Source of the DNA: Mobula hypostoma
Taxonomy: Eukaryota
Assembly: GCF_963921235.1 (NCBI RefSeq)
Contig: NC_086109.1
Location: 24,802,001-24,866,000 of the forward strand
Direction of reading: 5' to 3'
DNA: 64,000 bases
The position numbers and the translations under genes are program-made. Shown in pieces: positions 49,330-62,345 of this stretch. Every line of letters begins with the position of its first letter. Position 1 is the first letter of the stretch. The notes below the pieces were generated by a model. It was not told the DNA's origin and made no database searches. It saw only the letters and a program-made list of their open reading frames with translations.

Positions 49330-51640
49330 TAGAATCATGTGCTCTGTCTTCTACGTTCTCCACAGGACCACTTTCTGGAAAAGAGCCATGACTGCATAGC
49401 CCTTCATGTTATCAAATACATATTTTGCTGGAATTAAGTAATTTACAAGTACACTTCTGGGATTATTTCCTATTTTAACAATGTATCTCTTTGTACTATC
49501 ACTCTTTTTTCCAGCACCACATTTACAAATGTAAGATTTGTCAGGTGAAATTAACAGGTCAAATATATCATATTGTCTGAATAGTACATCTCCAGGACTT
49601 GAATCATATTTTTGTTTCTTACTGATCTGCCTCCCATTCAAGGTTCTGCTGACCTAAGCTCCATTTTGAGTTTTCTAAGCATTAATGTTTCAGCAGGGGC
49701 ATAACTTGCCAAATGGAGCATTGCCAAATGGAGCATTGCTAATAGTTCAGCATTGTGTTTGCTAATTGTTTTTTTTCTTGTTATGTTGGAGCCTCTGTAA
49801 TACTGTTTCTTTGATAATTCTCACTTATAGTTCTAACACATCATTGGATGGTGAAATAAATGTGGACTTGTTCAATAAATGCCCAAAAAGAGGTAAGAAA
49901 AACTGATATAAAAGCTCAAGAAAGTACTGAAAATATTCCAAAGGTTCAAAGTTCAAAGTAACTTCTTTATGAAAATACATATATGTCACCATAGACTAGC
50001 TTAAGATTGATTATCTGCCGACATACACAGTTTATACAAAGAAACACAATAGAATCAATAAAAAGCTACACAGTAACAAAAATGGACAAATAACCAATGT
50101 GTAAAAGAAAACAGACTGTCCAAACACAAAAAGTACAAATAATGAATAGATAGATAGATAGATAATTAATTAATATTGAGAACATGAGTTGTGAAGACCT
50201 TGAAAGTGAGTCCATAAGGTGTGAAATCAATTCAGAGTTGAGATGAGTGAAGCTAACCACATTGGTTCAGGGGCCTGATGGATGAAGTGTAATACCTGTT
50301 CCTAAACCCATTGGTGTGGACCTAATTGCTGTAGCTCCTTCCCAATGGCAGTAGAGAGCATGGCCTGGATGGTGGGGTCCTTAATAATTAATTATGCTTT
50401 CTTGTGACAGCGCTCTTTGCAGACTTGCTGAATAGTGGGGAGGGTTCTTCCTGTGACGGACTGTCTACAGTATTCAGCTAATCAAGCAGCACCTGTTAGG
50501 AGAGAAACAGAGTTAACATTTCAGATTGATGACCTTTCATCAGAATTGGAAAAGCAAGAAATCAAGCTTGTTTTAAGTTGTAAAGGGCAGAAGGGTTAAA
50601 GAGAACAAAGGAAACATTTTTTTTCAGTATACACTGAGAATACTCAGCTGACAAAAGGGCATAAATCTTGTTGGTACCAGCTAAGAGATGGTGACAAGTT
50701 CTTGTTGACAATAGCCATCTCTCTTGGGCAATGTAAAGAAAGATGTACGAGGGCAGTAGAGAGAAAAATAACAAAGCTGGTACCGTGTGGCACCAAACAT
50801 GGAAAAGTAAAATAGAAGCAAATTCTGGAAATACTCAGAAGATCAGATATCATCTATGGAGAAAGAAAAAACATTAACTAAGACCAGTTCAGCTGAACAG
50901 CTCAGCATGAGAAAATGCATACTAGTTCTTCAGTTGCTGTAATTCCATTGCCATAACTAAAAAATCTTCCTCTAGTATTTTCAACGAAGATGCAAAGTTT
51001 CTGACTTTCCCTCCTTATATATGAAACCTTGATAATGCATCTGCAATGGCATTTTGTTTTGAACTTTTATATTCAATCATGTAATGCTTTGCATTCACAA
51101 TTCAGTCATTATCATTATTGTCAATTTAGGATGAAGAATCAGTAAAAGCGTTTATGGTTTGTTAGCAACATAAAAGCACTGTCTAACAGGAACTGAGAAA
51201 ACATACTTCACCTATTGAATAATCTCAAATATCTCTTTATCAATCTGAAGATATTTATTTTAATTTTTGTCAATTTACATTGATTATATGATATTTTCAT
51301 GATTTTCATCCATTTCATCATTGATCACAGTTTCCAATCCATAATTTGAAGCATTAATATCAGTGTTGTGTAATTGTGGACCAAGAAACACTCACTTCTT
51401 CCAAAAATTAAATGCTGTTTCCTTTGCACTAATTCCATTTGGTAGCTTTCTTCTTGATAATTGACGTAATGGTATCAGTACTGTTTACAAAAAGTTGTAC
51501 CAATTACATTGTACCAATCTTGACAACTACCTAAGTTCTTTGTAATTACTGTACTTCCTCTGTTGTTTAGCTGCTCACATTTAATTTGCATCCATTTTAA
51601 TCTTAAACTACTTTCTAAATATATGCAGAATTATTCGCTG
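49330..51640 (-). mobile_element. Very old AT-rich Gypsy pol relic, interrupted by Rex1 tail (~49935-50470) and Penelope-derived pieces
   Basis: Reverse of ~51025-51255: 'YLQIDKEIFEII...FMLLTNHK...IEYKSSKQNAIADALSRF'; ORF 49351..49641 'PGDVLFRQY' resembles the post-integrase region. Confidence 0.65.
50511..50547 (-). ncRNA. Minimal hammerhead motif, divergent subfamily
   Basis: aauu-CUGAUGA-aaggucaucaaucu-GAAA-ug-UU-aacu. Confidence 0.6.
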
Positions 51641-53600
51641 ATAACTTGATGGACACCCCCCCCCCCCCATCACTCAGGGCATGTCCTTTGCTCATTGCTA
51701 AGATCAAGGAAGAAATACTGGAGCCTGAAGACACACACTCAACGTTACAGGAACACCTTCCTCCACTCCGCCATCAGATGTCTGAATTACCCCATGAACA
51801 CTACCTCGGTATTTTTTCCTCTCTTTTGCACTACTTCTTTAATTTAATTTTCTTTTTTTATATATGCTTCTTTTGGTAAGCTATAGCTTTTTTACAATGT
51901 ATTGCAATGTACTGCTGTCGCAAAACTACAAATTTCACAAACTTTGCCAGTGATGTTAAACCTGATTCTGATTCTAATTATGATTGTGTTTAATATCATA
52001 TTCATCTGCTTGCCAGGGTGCTTCTCTTATTTGAAAATTACTTTTGTTGGTACTTGTTATAATTAGTTCATGATCCTTAATACAATGACAATTGATCTAT
52101 ACTTTGTAGTCTTTTTGGCTGGTGTAGCTTGAAAGATCAAATGCATACCAAAGGGTTGTTGAAATATGAAATATCTTTATTGTCATTGCATAGTACAATT
52201 TGTCATGCACCAATACAGCGAAAATGAGTTTGCAACTCTCATACTCAATGCTATAAAACAACAAATAAAATAAATAAACAATAAATAAAATCAAGTAACC
52301 AGCCAGTACAAGCAATGTCCTTTATACTTTATGTAAACGTAAAGGCCTTTATGTATAGTGATTGCCAGATATTGTTAATTCATTTTATTTATCTGCCCTG
52401 AACATTTCTATGCATCTGAGAGACCTAGGTGAGTGAAAATAAAAATGCTAACTCCACATATGAAACCTGTGCAACCGGTGATGGGTGCTCTTGTCATAAC
52501 TTGTTGGAATCAGAGTCAACTTTGTGATCTTAGGCACTATTAAAGTCAGTAATGTCAGTTATTCTGGCTTGCTTTTGCTAGAACTATATTCTATTCTATT
52601 CTGCTTTACCACATCATTCCCCATCTGGTTTTTCAATGTACTTAGAATATTATGATGCTTACTGAAAATTGACTTTCAGCTGACGAGTAATATAGCCCAT
52701 AAAAACTCAGTCCTTTTAAACATTTCTGTGTTTTTTTTTCAATAGTACATCTAAGTATGGTGTCTACATCTTAAGGTATCTGAGTAGCCAGGGCATCAAA
52801 GATTATGGTGAGAAGGCGAGGGAGTGGGACTAAATGGGAGAATGGATCAGCTCATGATAAAATGGCGGAGCAGACTCAATGGGCCGAATGGCCGGCTTCT
52901 GCTCTTTTGTCTTATGGTCTTATGGTCTTATCTTTCAAATCTAAATTCATTTCTTATTTTGCCAGTCTTTATTCATCAAAGTTGGTTGATTTGTCTAATT
53001 TCTACAACTCTATTTACTTTCTGTTCTGACGTAATAAATAATACAATCAGCCTAAAATTCTTCATTGATTTTCCTGAATATATTTTAAAGTTAGCTACAC
53101 TTTTCACTTATTGTGCCTTGCTGAATATCCTTCCATATGTGTGTTAGAGTCATGTAGTCATAGAACACTACAGCACAGAAACAGGCCCTTTGGCCCATCT
53201 AGTCCATGCTGAACCATTAATCTGCCTAGTCCCATTGATCTGCACCCAGACCATAGACCTTCATACGCCTCCCATCTGTGTACCTATTCAAATTTTGCTC
53301 AAATATTGAAATCAAATCTGCATCCACCACTTGCACTGACAGCTCATTCCACACTCACCACCCTCTGGTGAAAAAATTTCCCACCCATCATGTTCCCCTT
53401 AAACAGTTCAACTTTCACCCTTAACCCATGACCTCTGGCTCTAGTCTTACCCAACCTCAGTGGAAAAAGCCTGCTTGCATTTACCTTATCTATACTGCTC
53501 ATAATTTTGGATAGCTCTATCAAATCTCCCCTCAGTCTTCTACGTTCTAGAGAATAAAATCCTGTGCTATTAGATGCTTCTTCAGGATCATTATTATTAT

Positions 53601-53638
53601 TAGTCCTGATGAAGGGTCTTGGCCTGAAACATTGACTG
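53601..53638 (+). ncRNA. Minimal type-I hammerhead motif (element runs to ~53690)
   Basis: UAGUC-CUGAUGA-AGGGUCUUGGCCU-GAAA-CA-UU-GACUG. Confidence 0.75.
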
Positions 53639-54877
53639 TTTCCATAGATGCTGCCTGGCCTGCTGAGTTCCTCCAGTGTTTTGTGTGTGAGGCTTAAAAT
53701 TTCTTGGCTTATTCTTAAAATCCTTCTTAAACAATTGAACAGCTGTCTTCCAATCCTCCAGCACCTCACTGGTAGCTAAGGATGTTTTAAAAACCTCTGC
53801 AAGGACCGCTGCAATTTCTGCACGAGCCTCTGACAATGTCCAAGGAAACACCTTGTCAGGCCTCGGGGAAATATGGACCCTAATTTGCTTCAAGACAGAA
53901 AACATCTCCTCCTCTGTAATCTGTACAGGGTCTATGACTTCACCACTGCATTGCCTCACTTCTATAGACTCTGTATCCAACTCCTCAGTAAATACAGATG
54001 CAAAAAATCCATTTAAGATCTCCCTCATCTCTTCTGGCTCCATGCATACTGTTCTTCCAGAGGATCAACTTTGTCCTTGCTGTCCTTTTGACCTTACTAT
54101 ATCTGTAGAATCCCTTAGGATTCTTCCTCACCTCATCTACAAGGGCAACCTCATGCCTTCTTCTAGCCCTCCTGATTTTTTTCTTAAGTGTTCTTTTGCA
54201 TTTCTTAAACTTGTCAAATACCTCATTTTTTCCTACCTGCATATACTTGCTGCACACCTCGTTCTTTTTCTTAAATAGGGCCTCAATATCTCTCAAAAAC
54301 CAAGTTTCCCTAAACATGCTATCTTTGCCTTTTATTCTGACAAGAACATACAGATTCTGTTCTCTCAAAATTTCACTTTTGAAAGCCTCCCACGTACCAT
54401 GTACACTTTTGCCAGAAAACAACCTGTCCCATCCACACTTGCCACATCTTTTCTGTTACCTTTGAAATTGATTCTTTTCCAATTTACAATCTCAACCCTA
54501 GGCCCAGACCTTCCCTTTTCCATAATTACCATAAAGCTGATGGCATTATGATCACTCGACGCAAAGTGTTCCCCTACACAAACTTCTGTCATCTGCCCTG
54601 TCTCATTCCCTAATAGGAGAGCTAGTATTGCACTCTCCCTAGCTGCAACTTCCATGTACTGATTAAGGAAACTTTCCTGTACACATTTGACAAGCTCTAT
54701 CCCATCTAGTCCTTTTACTGTTCGGGAGTCCCAGTCAATATGTGTTAACTTAAAATTGCCTACTATCACAAACTTATGTTTCTTGCAACAGTCTGCGATC
54801 TTGATACTAATTTGCTCCTCTAAGTCCCATTTATTATATAATCCCATTAACGTGGTCAAACATTTCCTATTCCTCAT

Positions 54878-55280
54878 CATTACTGCCTGTTATTTCGCTG
54901 GCGTTTAGGGCAGCAATAAAGGTCCTCCATCTCTGGTGGTGTTCAGGGCTTCCTTCATTGTATCAGTAGCTTCCTCTCGGTTTTCACTACAGATCCCAGC
55001 TGGAGATCCAGGAATACTGTCGCACTCAGGTGTAGCCTCTTCATCGCTGTTTCTGTAACAACTTTGTCTTACCAGTCAGGGTTGTTAGCCCTGAGCTGAA
55101 CCCCAGAACCTAGAGGACCAGTGGACAACTCTGAGTCTGTCCTCTACCTTTTGACCTGTTTGGTGTGGGTGACTATACTGAGAGCCAAAACATAAAGCCC
55201 TGACTCCAGCCAGCATAGCTCTCCAGGTCATTAAGGGATATAAGCCTCCAAATCACAACAAGGTAGTGGTCCTATTGGAG
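54878..55280 (-). mobile_element. Non-autonomous element (RTE-like by recall) inserted in the CR1 endonuclease
   Basis: TSD-like TTCCTATTCCTCAT (54864-54877) / TTCTTATTCTTCAT (55281-55294); homologous to 63730-64000 in opposite orientation. Confidence 0.7.
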
Positions 55281-57053
55281 TTCTTATTCTTCATTTCTAA
55301 CCATAAGGCCTCACCAGATGAGCTCTGCAATCTGTCCTGTCTGAGCAATGTCTTGACATTTCCCTGCCTTGTAACGCTGCTCCTTATCTTTTAATCGCTC
55401 TTGTTCTATCGTGTCTAAAGAAATGGAACCCCAGAACTCAGAACTGCCAGTCACACCTCTCCTGCAACCACCTTACTAATGGCTACAATGTTATAACCCT
55501 ACATGTTAATCCATGCCCTAAGCTCATCCCTTTTCCTACAATACTCCTTGCACTGAAATATAGGCAGCTCAGAACATTAGTCACATCATGCCCAAGCTTT
55601 TGATTCCTGACTTTGTATGTAGACTTAACAATAGTTCTCTCCACAACTACTCCACTATCTGTTCTGGTGCTGTGGCTTCCATATCCTTGCAACTCTAGTT
55701 TAAACCCTCCCCTGTGGAACACTAGCAAATCTTCCTGCTAAGATACTAGTCCCCCTCCAGTTCAGGTACAAACCGTCCCTTCTGTACAAATCCCACCTTC
55801 TCTGGAAGGCAGCCCAATGATCCAAAAATTAAGAAGCCATCCCTCTTGCACCATCTCTTTGCCACATGTTTATCTGCATGATCTCCCTATTTCCGGCCTC
55901 ACTAGCACGTGGCACAAGTAGCAATCCTGAGATCACAACCCCGGAGGTCTTTTTTCAACTTAGCATTGAATTCCCTAATCTCACTTTGCAAGACCTCGTC
56001 ACCCCTTCTAACCACGTCATTGATACTGACATGGACTACAACCTCTGGCTGCTCACCCTTCCTCTTGAGAATCCTAGAGACCCGAGCTGGGATGTGCCTG
56101 ACCCACACCAGGGAGGCAACCTACCATCTGGGAAGTCTTGTTCACGTCCACAGGTCCTCTTTTCTGTTCCCTTAACCAATGAATTCCCTTTCACTACACT
56201 TCATCTCTACACTCCCCCCTTCCCTTCTGACCCACAGAGCCAGACTCAGTTCCAGAGACATAACTGCTAAGAATTTCCTCTGCTAGGTAACCGCGCCCCC
56301 CCCCCAACAATATCCAAAGTGGTGCATCTGCTCTTGAGGGGAATGGCCACTGGGGTACTCTGCACTGGTTACCTAACTCTTTTCCCCCTTCTTGATGGTC
56401 ACCCAGTTACTTGTGTCCTGCATCTTGGGCGTAACTACCTCCCTGTATGTCCTGCGTCAGCCTCCTGAATGAACCAGAGTTCATCCAGTTCCCATTCCAT
56501 CTCCTTAATACAGTCTGATAGAAGCTGCAGCTGGATGAAGGTGTAGTCTCAGGGACACTGGAGGTCCCACTGCTTTTCCACATCTCACAAAAGGAGCATT
56601 CCACTATCTTGCTTGGCATATCCACCATTCTAAATGTGCAATAAGAAAGAAAGAAAGAATAAGTAACAAAAGCGATCAGCCTACGGCTTACGCCTCTCCT
56701 CGCTGAAGCCTCAAAGAGCCAAAGCCTCAATTCCCCACTCTAACACTGGCCCACTCACGCAATGAGCGCTCTCACAATAATTGATCTGCTTAAAATGAAC
56801 TTATTTTTAAAATGTCTAAGTATGCACAATCCAATGTCTCCTCAGGAACTGTGGCATGCAAAATGAGCCAACTACCATGCTCACTTTTTATAGACTCTCT
56901 CTCCCTCTAGACAATTCAATGTCTTCTTGGAAACTGATGTTCAAGATGTGCCAATTGCCCCTGTTCGCTTCTTTTAATTTCCTTCATCCTCTACACAATC
57001 CATTGTCTACTCAGGAACTGTGGTACACACGATGTTCTTGTCCCTTTGTCTAG

Positions 57054-57191
57054 CACCTTTGCTCCATCTGCAGCAGAGAGTATTTCCTGATGGCTTCTTG
57101 AAAAATTTCCCTAACACACAAGACACACCAACAGAATTGTTCTCATTCATGTTAGATTCGTATGCTGCAGATATGAGCCCTGTATATAAAG
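57054..57191 (+). pseudogene. Open phase-1/phase-1 exon (138 bp) of the cadherin-like locus
   Basis: Acceptor TTCTTGTCCCTTTGTCTAG, donor AAG|GTAATA, no stop in frame (ORF 57020..57202). Confidence 0.6.
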
Positions 57192-57567
57192 GTAATATAT
57201 AATTTTAAATTGTCATATATTCAATGGGTGCCATCTATTACATCTATCAGCACAATTTGTTCTAGTCTTACTGCTCTCAGTTCTGGTTTGTATTGGCTTA
57301 AGTGGTTATAGCTTATTGTACCTTGTGATGGGCAAAATCATTTAGCATTTCTTCATGCCATCTCTATCAATGCACAATTTATATCCAGATCCAGCTTTGA
57401 GTTCCTGACTTCTTTAAAGAGTTTGTTCATGATGAAACCACAAACAATCTTCTTGTGCAGCTTGCAATCTTGGAAGGTGTAAAGCTCCAGTACAAAGAAT
57501 GGTTCTGTAGCCTGTTCCATTATACGCAACATCATTGCCATTCGTTTCAGTTGACTTCTAATTGCTG

Positions 57568-57697
57568 GCAACACATACAAAATGCTGCAGGAACTCAGCA
57601 GGCTTGGCAGCATCTATGGAAAAAAGTACAGTCGTCGTTTCGGGCAGAAACCCTTTGCTTGGATTTCCAGCATCTGCAGATTTTCTTTTGTTTGTGA
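57568..57697. mobile_element. Penelope-derived fragment with partial hammerhead
   Basis: Family head, then CAGTCGTCGTTTCGGGCAGAAACCCTT (CUGANGA side lost) fused to an inverted terminus. Confidence 0.75.
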
Positions 57698-58164
57698 TCT
57701 AATTTCTGCTTTTAAATTTTTAGATTTCTGCAATAACTGTGGTCAATAAAGAGCATCCTGATGTATGTTTTAACAGTTATTACCCCTCAACCATCAGGCT
57801 CTTGACCCAAAGGGGATAATTTTACTCAACGTCACTTCCCCATCACCAAAATGTTCCCACAACCTATGGACACATTTTCAAGGACTTTTTATCTCATGTT
57901 CTTGAATTTATTGCTTATTTATTCATTACTATTATTATTTATTTCTCTTTATATTTACACAGTTTGTTGTATTTTGCACAGTGGCTGAATGCCCAAGTTA
58001 GTATAGTCTTTCACTGATCCTGTTATGGTTCTTATTCTGTTATGAATTTATTGAATATGCTCTCAAGAAAATGAATCTCAGGGCTGTAAATGACAACATA
58101 CTGTATATATATACTTTGATAATAAATTTACTTTGAACATTTAATTTTGAATATCTAATAGTTT

Positions 58165-58825
58165 AGAGTCATAGAACACTTCAGCACAAAAACAGGCCCT
58201 TCAGCCCATCTAGTCCATGTCAAACTGTTACGCTACCTAGTCCCATCAATTTGCACCTAGACCATAACTTTCTAGAACCTTCCCATCCGTGTACCTATCC
58301 AAATTTCCCTTAAATGTTGAAATCGAATCTGCATCCACTTCCACTAGAAACTCATTCCATATTCTCACCACCCTCTGAGTGAAGAAGTTCCCCCTCAAGT
58401 TCTCCTTAAATATTTCACCTTTCACCCTTAACTGATGACCTCTAGTTCTAGTTTCACCCAACCTCAGTGGAAAATGCCTGCTTACATCTATCACCTCTAT
58501 ACACTTCTATTAAATCTCCCCTCATTCTCCTATGCTCTTGGAAATAAAGTTCAAACCTTTCAACCTTTTCCTATAACTTAGGTCTTCAAGTCCTGGCAAC
58601 ATCCTTGTAATTTCTCACTGCACCCTTCCATGGTTATTGATGTCTTTCCTGTAAGGAAGTGACCAGAACTGCACATGATATTCCTCACCAACATCTTATA
58701 CAACTTCACCATAACATTCCAACCCCTGTAGTGATTCATTTGTTTTCTGAAGGCCAATCTGCCAAAAGCTCTCCTTACAACCTGTGACACCACTTTCAAA
58801 GAATTATGGATCTGTATTCCCAGAT
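58165..58825 (-). mobile_element. CR1 3' fragment
   Basis: 'TRTRGHQLRVKG...NFFTQRVVRIWN'; similar to 53146-53560. Confidence 0.9.
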
Positions 58826-60395
58826 TTAAAATTTTTGCATAACCTTGCTAAACAAAACTAATTTTTAGTTTTTCATGACCTGAAGTGACTGGAGTATGCT
58901 TCAGGAGCCATCTCAAGATTTACGTTTGCTCTGTATTCGATTTTCCTGTACATACCGAGCATCACCATCATTTTCTGTTGTGTTATTTCTATGTGTTCTG
59001 TACATGAACTGGGACACTGACTGTATGCACCTTGGCAACATAACCATCCTAAGCCTGAGCAGTCATTTACCCAGTTCCCACTCTTACCGAGCTGCAGATT
59101 GTGTTGAAGGATGTTTATGCACCTTGCCACTATTGTTCTCGTTCATTTTATTGGAATACTGCTTCCCACATTGCACTGTTTGCCATGGATTACAATCCTC
59201 GTGCAAAGGAAATGTTGAAATTAGACCCGGGTTTCCAGAATGACATCATGAATTGTTCACATATGCAGTTTTCACTTTTTCTTTGTCTTCCTATTTGTAA
59301 TGCAGATATATATGAATTCTTTCTTTTGGATAGAAACACACCAACGCCTTAAGAGGTACTGGAGCATGTAAAACTGGTTTATTCAACACTCTAATCAGCA
59401 TTGTACCTGTGACAGGCCCATTAAATACACGTTCAGTACAACCCCTTTTCTACTTCAAATCTCGTCTCATCATCACTCTCATCAAAAAATTCTTAAACAT
59501 TCTGCCTTTGCAAACATGCTTCCTCCTCCCAAATCCCTTTCCTCTAAAGGTCTCGAATGGATTACAGCTGCTAGGATTCAAGTACATTATTGTGGATGCT
59601 TAATATTTCCCTCAGATCAATTCCTCTCTTTGTCCCAACACTGTAATCTCTCTTATCAAATCAACTATTACGGACTTTCATATGGTTGGCAATACCATTC
59701 TCTGCCAAGGTACCTCCAGAATTCTGTATTTATATCTCCACTATGCTTCTATTTCCTTGCTCTATTCTCTGTTTTAAAAAAAAACTTAAACTGGTCTTCC
59801 ATACTATCACAAACATTGCCCTTTATTCTTTCCTCTCTTTACCCCTTTCTGTGCAATCTATTTATCACAACTTTTCCCATTTTTTGAAAGATCATTATCC
59901 TGATCTACTTTATCCTTTATTAACTTATATTTTCTTTCCAGGAAGCCGCCTGATCTGTTGAGAAAAGTTTTCAATCTTCACATCTCCCTCAGACCCTCCA
60001 CTGTGAAACTGTTCAATATCCAATACTTGATGAGCAGAACTTTCCTCCATTTCACTGTCATCTATAACTAGGAACAATGGTGTCTTAATTGGTCAACTCT
60101 TACACCGGACTCAAGCTCTGAAATGGAAAGTCATAACTGGATGAGCAGAAGAGCATATCTACATGAAACCCTGTCACAAGAACGTAGCATCCATCATCAG
60201 GGTCCCCTACCACCCAAGGCATGCTCTTTTCTCACAGTTGCCATCAGGAAAAAGGTAGAGGAGCCTCAGGACTTACGCCATCAGGTTCAGAAACAGTTAC
60301 TATCCCCTAACCATCAGGCTCTAAACTAAATGTATATTGTATACATTTCTCCGACATTAAATTTGACCTTTGAACCTTTGAACTTCATTTGCCCC

Positions 60396-60612
60396 GTGTT
60401 GGGCACGTGGCCAAGTGGTTAAGGCGTTCATCTAGTTACCTCAAGGTCGCTAGTTCGAGCCTCAGCTGTGGCAGCGTGTTTGTGCCCTTGAGCAAGGCAC
60501 TTAATCACACACTGCACTAGTCTGTGTGAGGAGTGGTGCCCCACACAGACTTCCAATCTGCGCATGAAAATGCCCGACGCAGGCCTCTCATGGTCTGAGT
60601 CGACGTTCCCCC
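60396..60612 (+). mobile_element. tRNA/CORE-like SINE within a Rex1 3' fragment (~60130-60900)
   Basis: Head matches 4850-4960; TSD TTGCCCC (60389-60395 / 60613-60619). Confidence 0.85.
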
Positions 60613-61124
60613 TTGCCCCATCAAGTAATGTTCCCACAACCAATGGACTCACTTTCAAGTTCTATTCATCTCATATTCTTGATATTTATTATTATTATTA
60701 TTTCTTTCATTTTGAATTTGCAGTTTGTTGTCTTCTGCACTCTGGTTGAATGCCCAAGTTGGGTGGACTTTCATTGATTTTAATATGGTAATTATTCTGT
60801 AGATTTATTGAGTATGCCCACAAGAAAATGAATCTCTGGGTTGTAGATGATGACATATATGTACTTTCATAATAAATTCACTTTGAACCTTGAACTTTAA
60901 GTAGAAGAAAAGATGCAAGAATGTGTTTAGTCCCCTGGAAAATGATAAACATTCTCACTGACTCTTGGGCAACCCTGGGACAAGACCACTCGATAAGTTG
61001 AGGCTACCATTCCCATATTGGCTTCTTCAGTCATGTTGGGATCTACACAACTAGAAAGAAAATAATTCACCTTTGATAGCACTAAATTACCTAGGGACAC
61101 AAAGAAAGAAGACGTAATACTAGT

Positions 61125-61980
61125 AGCACACACAAAATGTTGGAGATCCTGCAGTTCAGCCGCTATCTACGGAGGGGAATAAACAGTTGATAATTCAGGC
61201 TGAGACCCTTCAATCAGGATGGGAGAGGGAGGGGGCAGAAGTGGAAGTAGTACACGCTAACAGGTGATGGGTGAAACCAGGTGAGGTGGAATGTGGGTGG
61301 GTGAGGGAGAGGGAAGAAGTGAGAAACTGGGAGGGGATCGATGGAAGAGGTGAAGGACTGAAGAAGAAGGATATCTGAAGGGAGAGGACACTGGACCATG
61401 GAAGAAATGGAATGGGGAGGGGAACCAGAGGGAGGGGATGGGCAAGTGAGGAGAAGAGAAGGGGTGAGAGGATAACCAGAATGAGGAACGGAAAAAGAGA
61501 GAAGGGTGGAGGGGAGAATAATTCCTGGAAGTTAAAGAACTTGATGTTCATGTCATCGGGTTGGAGGCTACCCAGATGTATTAAGGGGTGTTGCTCCTCT
61601 AACCTGAGTTTTGCCTCATCGGGTAGTAGAGGAGGCCGTTGATTGGCAGGTCAGAATGGAAATGGGAAATTGTGGGAAGTTGAATTGAAATGGGCACCCT
61701 TTTGTAGCAGGCAGATAGTGGGTGTTCAATGAAGGAATCCCCCAGATGGCATCAGGTCTCACCACTGTAGAGGAAACTGATCCGAGAGTACCGAATACAA
61801 CAGGTGACCCTGACTGACTTGCTTGTGAAGTGTTGGCGCACCTGGAAAAACTGTTTGGGGTCCTAAATGGTGCTGAGGGAGGTGATGTAGAGGCAGGTGT
61901 AGCACTTGTTACCCTCACAGGGATAAGTGCCAGGAGAGACATTAGTGGGAAAGGACAAGTGGACAAAGGAATCCTTACGA
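61125..61980 (-). mobile_element. Penelope-like element: decayed GIY-YIG endonuclease, UTR, mutated hammerhead
   Basis: Reverse 'PGTYPCEGNKCYTCLYITS...FQVRQHFTSKSVRVTCCIRYSRISFLYSGET*CHLGDSFIEH'; hammerhead relic at 61184-61220. Confidence 0.85.
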
Positions 61981-62104
61981 ATGTTGGCGGGGGGAGGAAA
62001 AGATATGCTTATTGGAAGGATGTAATACGAGCAGCCTGGAGAGTAGATGGGACCAGAATAACTCGGAGAATGAGAGCCTTTGTAATTATTGATATCTGAA
62101 TTTA

Positions 62105-62345
62105 TCCTGATAGGTAGATAGATAGATACTTTATTGATCCCAAAGGAAATTATAGCACTGTGGTAGCATTACAAGTGCACAGATGTAAATATTAGAAGAG
62201 GAGTAGACAGAATAAAAAAATAAGTTACCACAAACAATCTAACAGGAGGGGTCATCACTTGCCCGGCAATAGGCTGACTCATTATAGAGCCTAATGGCCG
62301 AAGGTAAGAATGACCTCATATAGCGCTCCTTGGAGCAGCACAGAT
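62105..62345 (-). mobile_element. Rex1-type 3' tail with (GATA)n
   Basis: (GATA)n-CTTTATTGATCCCAAAGGAAATT, similar to the 21995 terminus. Confidence 0.65.

Larger units (their letters stand above)
53146..56760 (-). mobile_element. Long CR1: ORF1 (Cys pair plus esterase-like), APE endonuclease, RT core missing, 3' end present
   Basis: 'IVECSFCEMW', 'GEQPEVVVHVSINDV', 'LSCLYFSARSIVGK', 'VIVGNFKLTHIDW', 'SSDHNAISF', 'YSLERRRLRGDLIE'. Confidence 0.92.

Noticed and set aside
49351..49641. Possible endogenous viral or orphan ORF
   Set aside because: Lies downstream of and co-oriented with Gypsy RNase H motifs; best read as the pol C-terminus.
56830..57024. 25-bp direct repeat TCCAATGTCTCCTCAGGAACTGTGG / TCCATTGTCTACTCAGGAACTGTGG
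   Set aside because: Only two imperfect copies; a local duplication, not an array or CRISPR.
59003..59020. HELGH metalloprotease-like motif
   Set aside because: A stop follows immediately, and the surrounding sequence fits a frameshifted cadherin 'EL-D' motif better.
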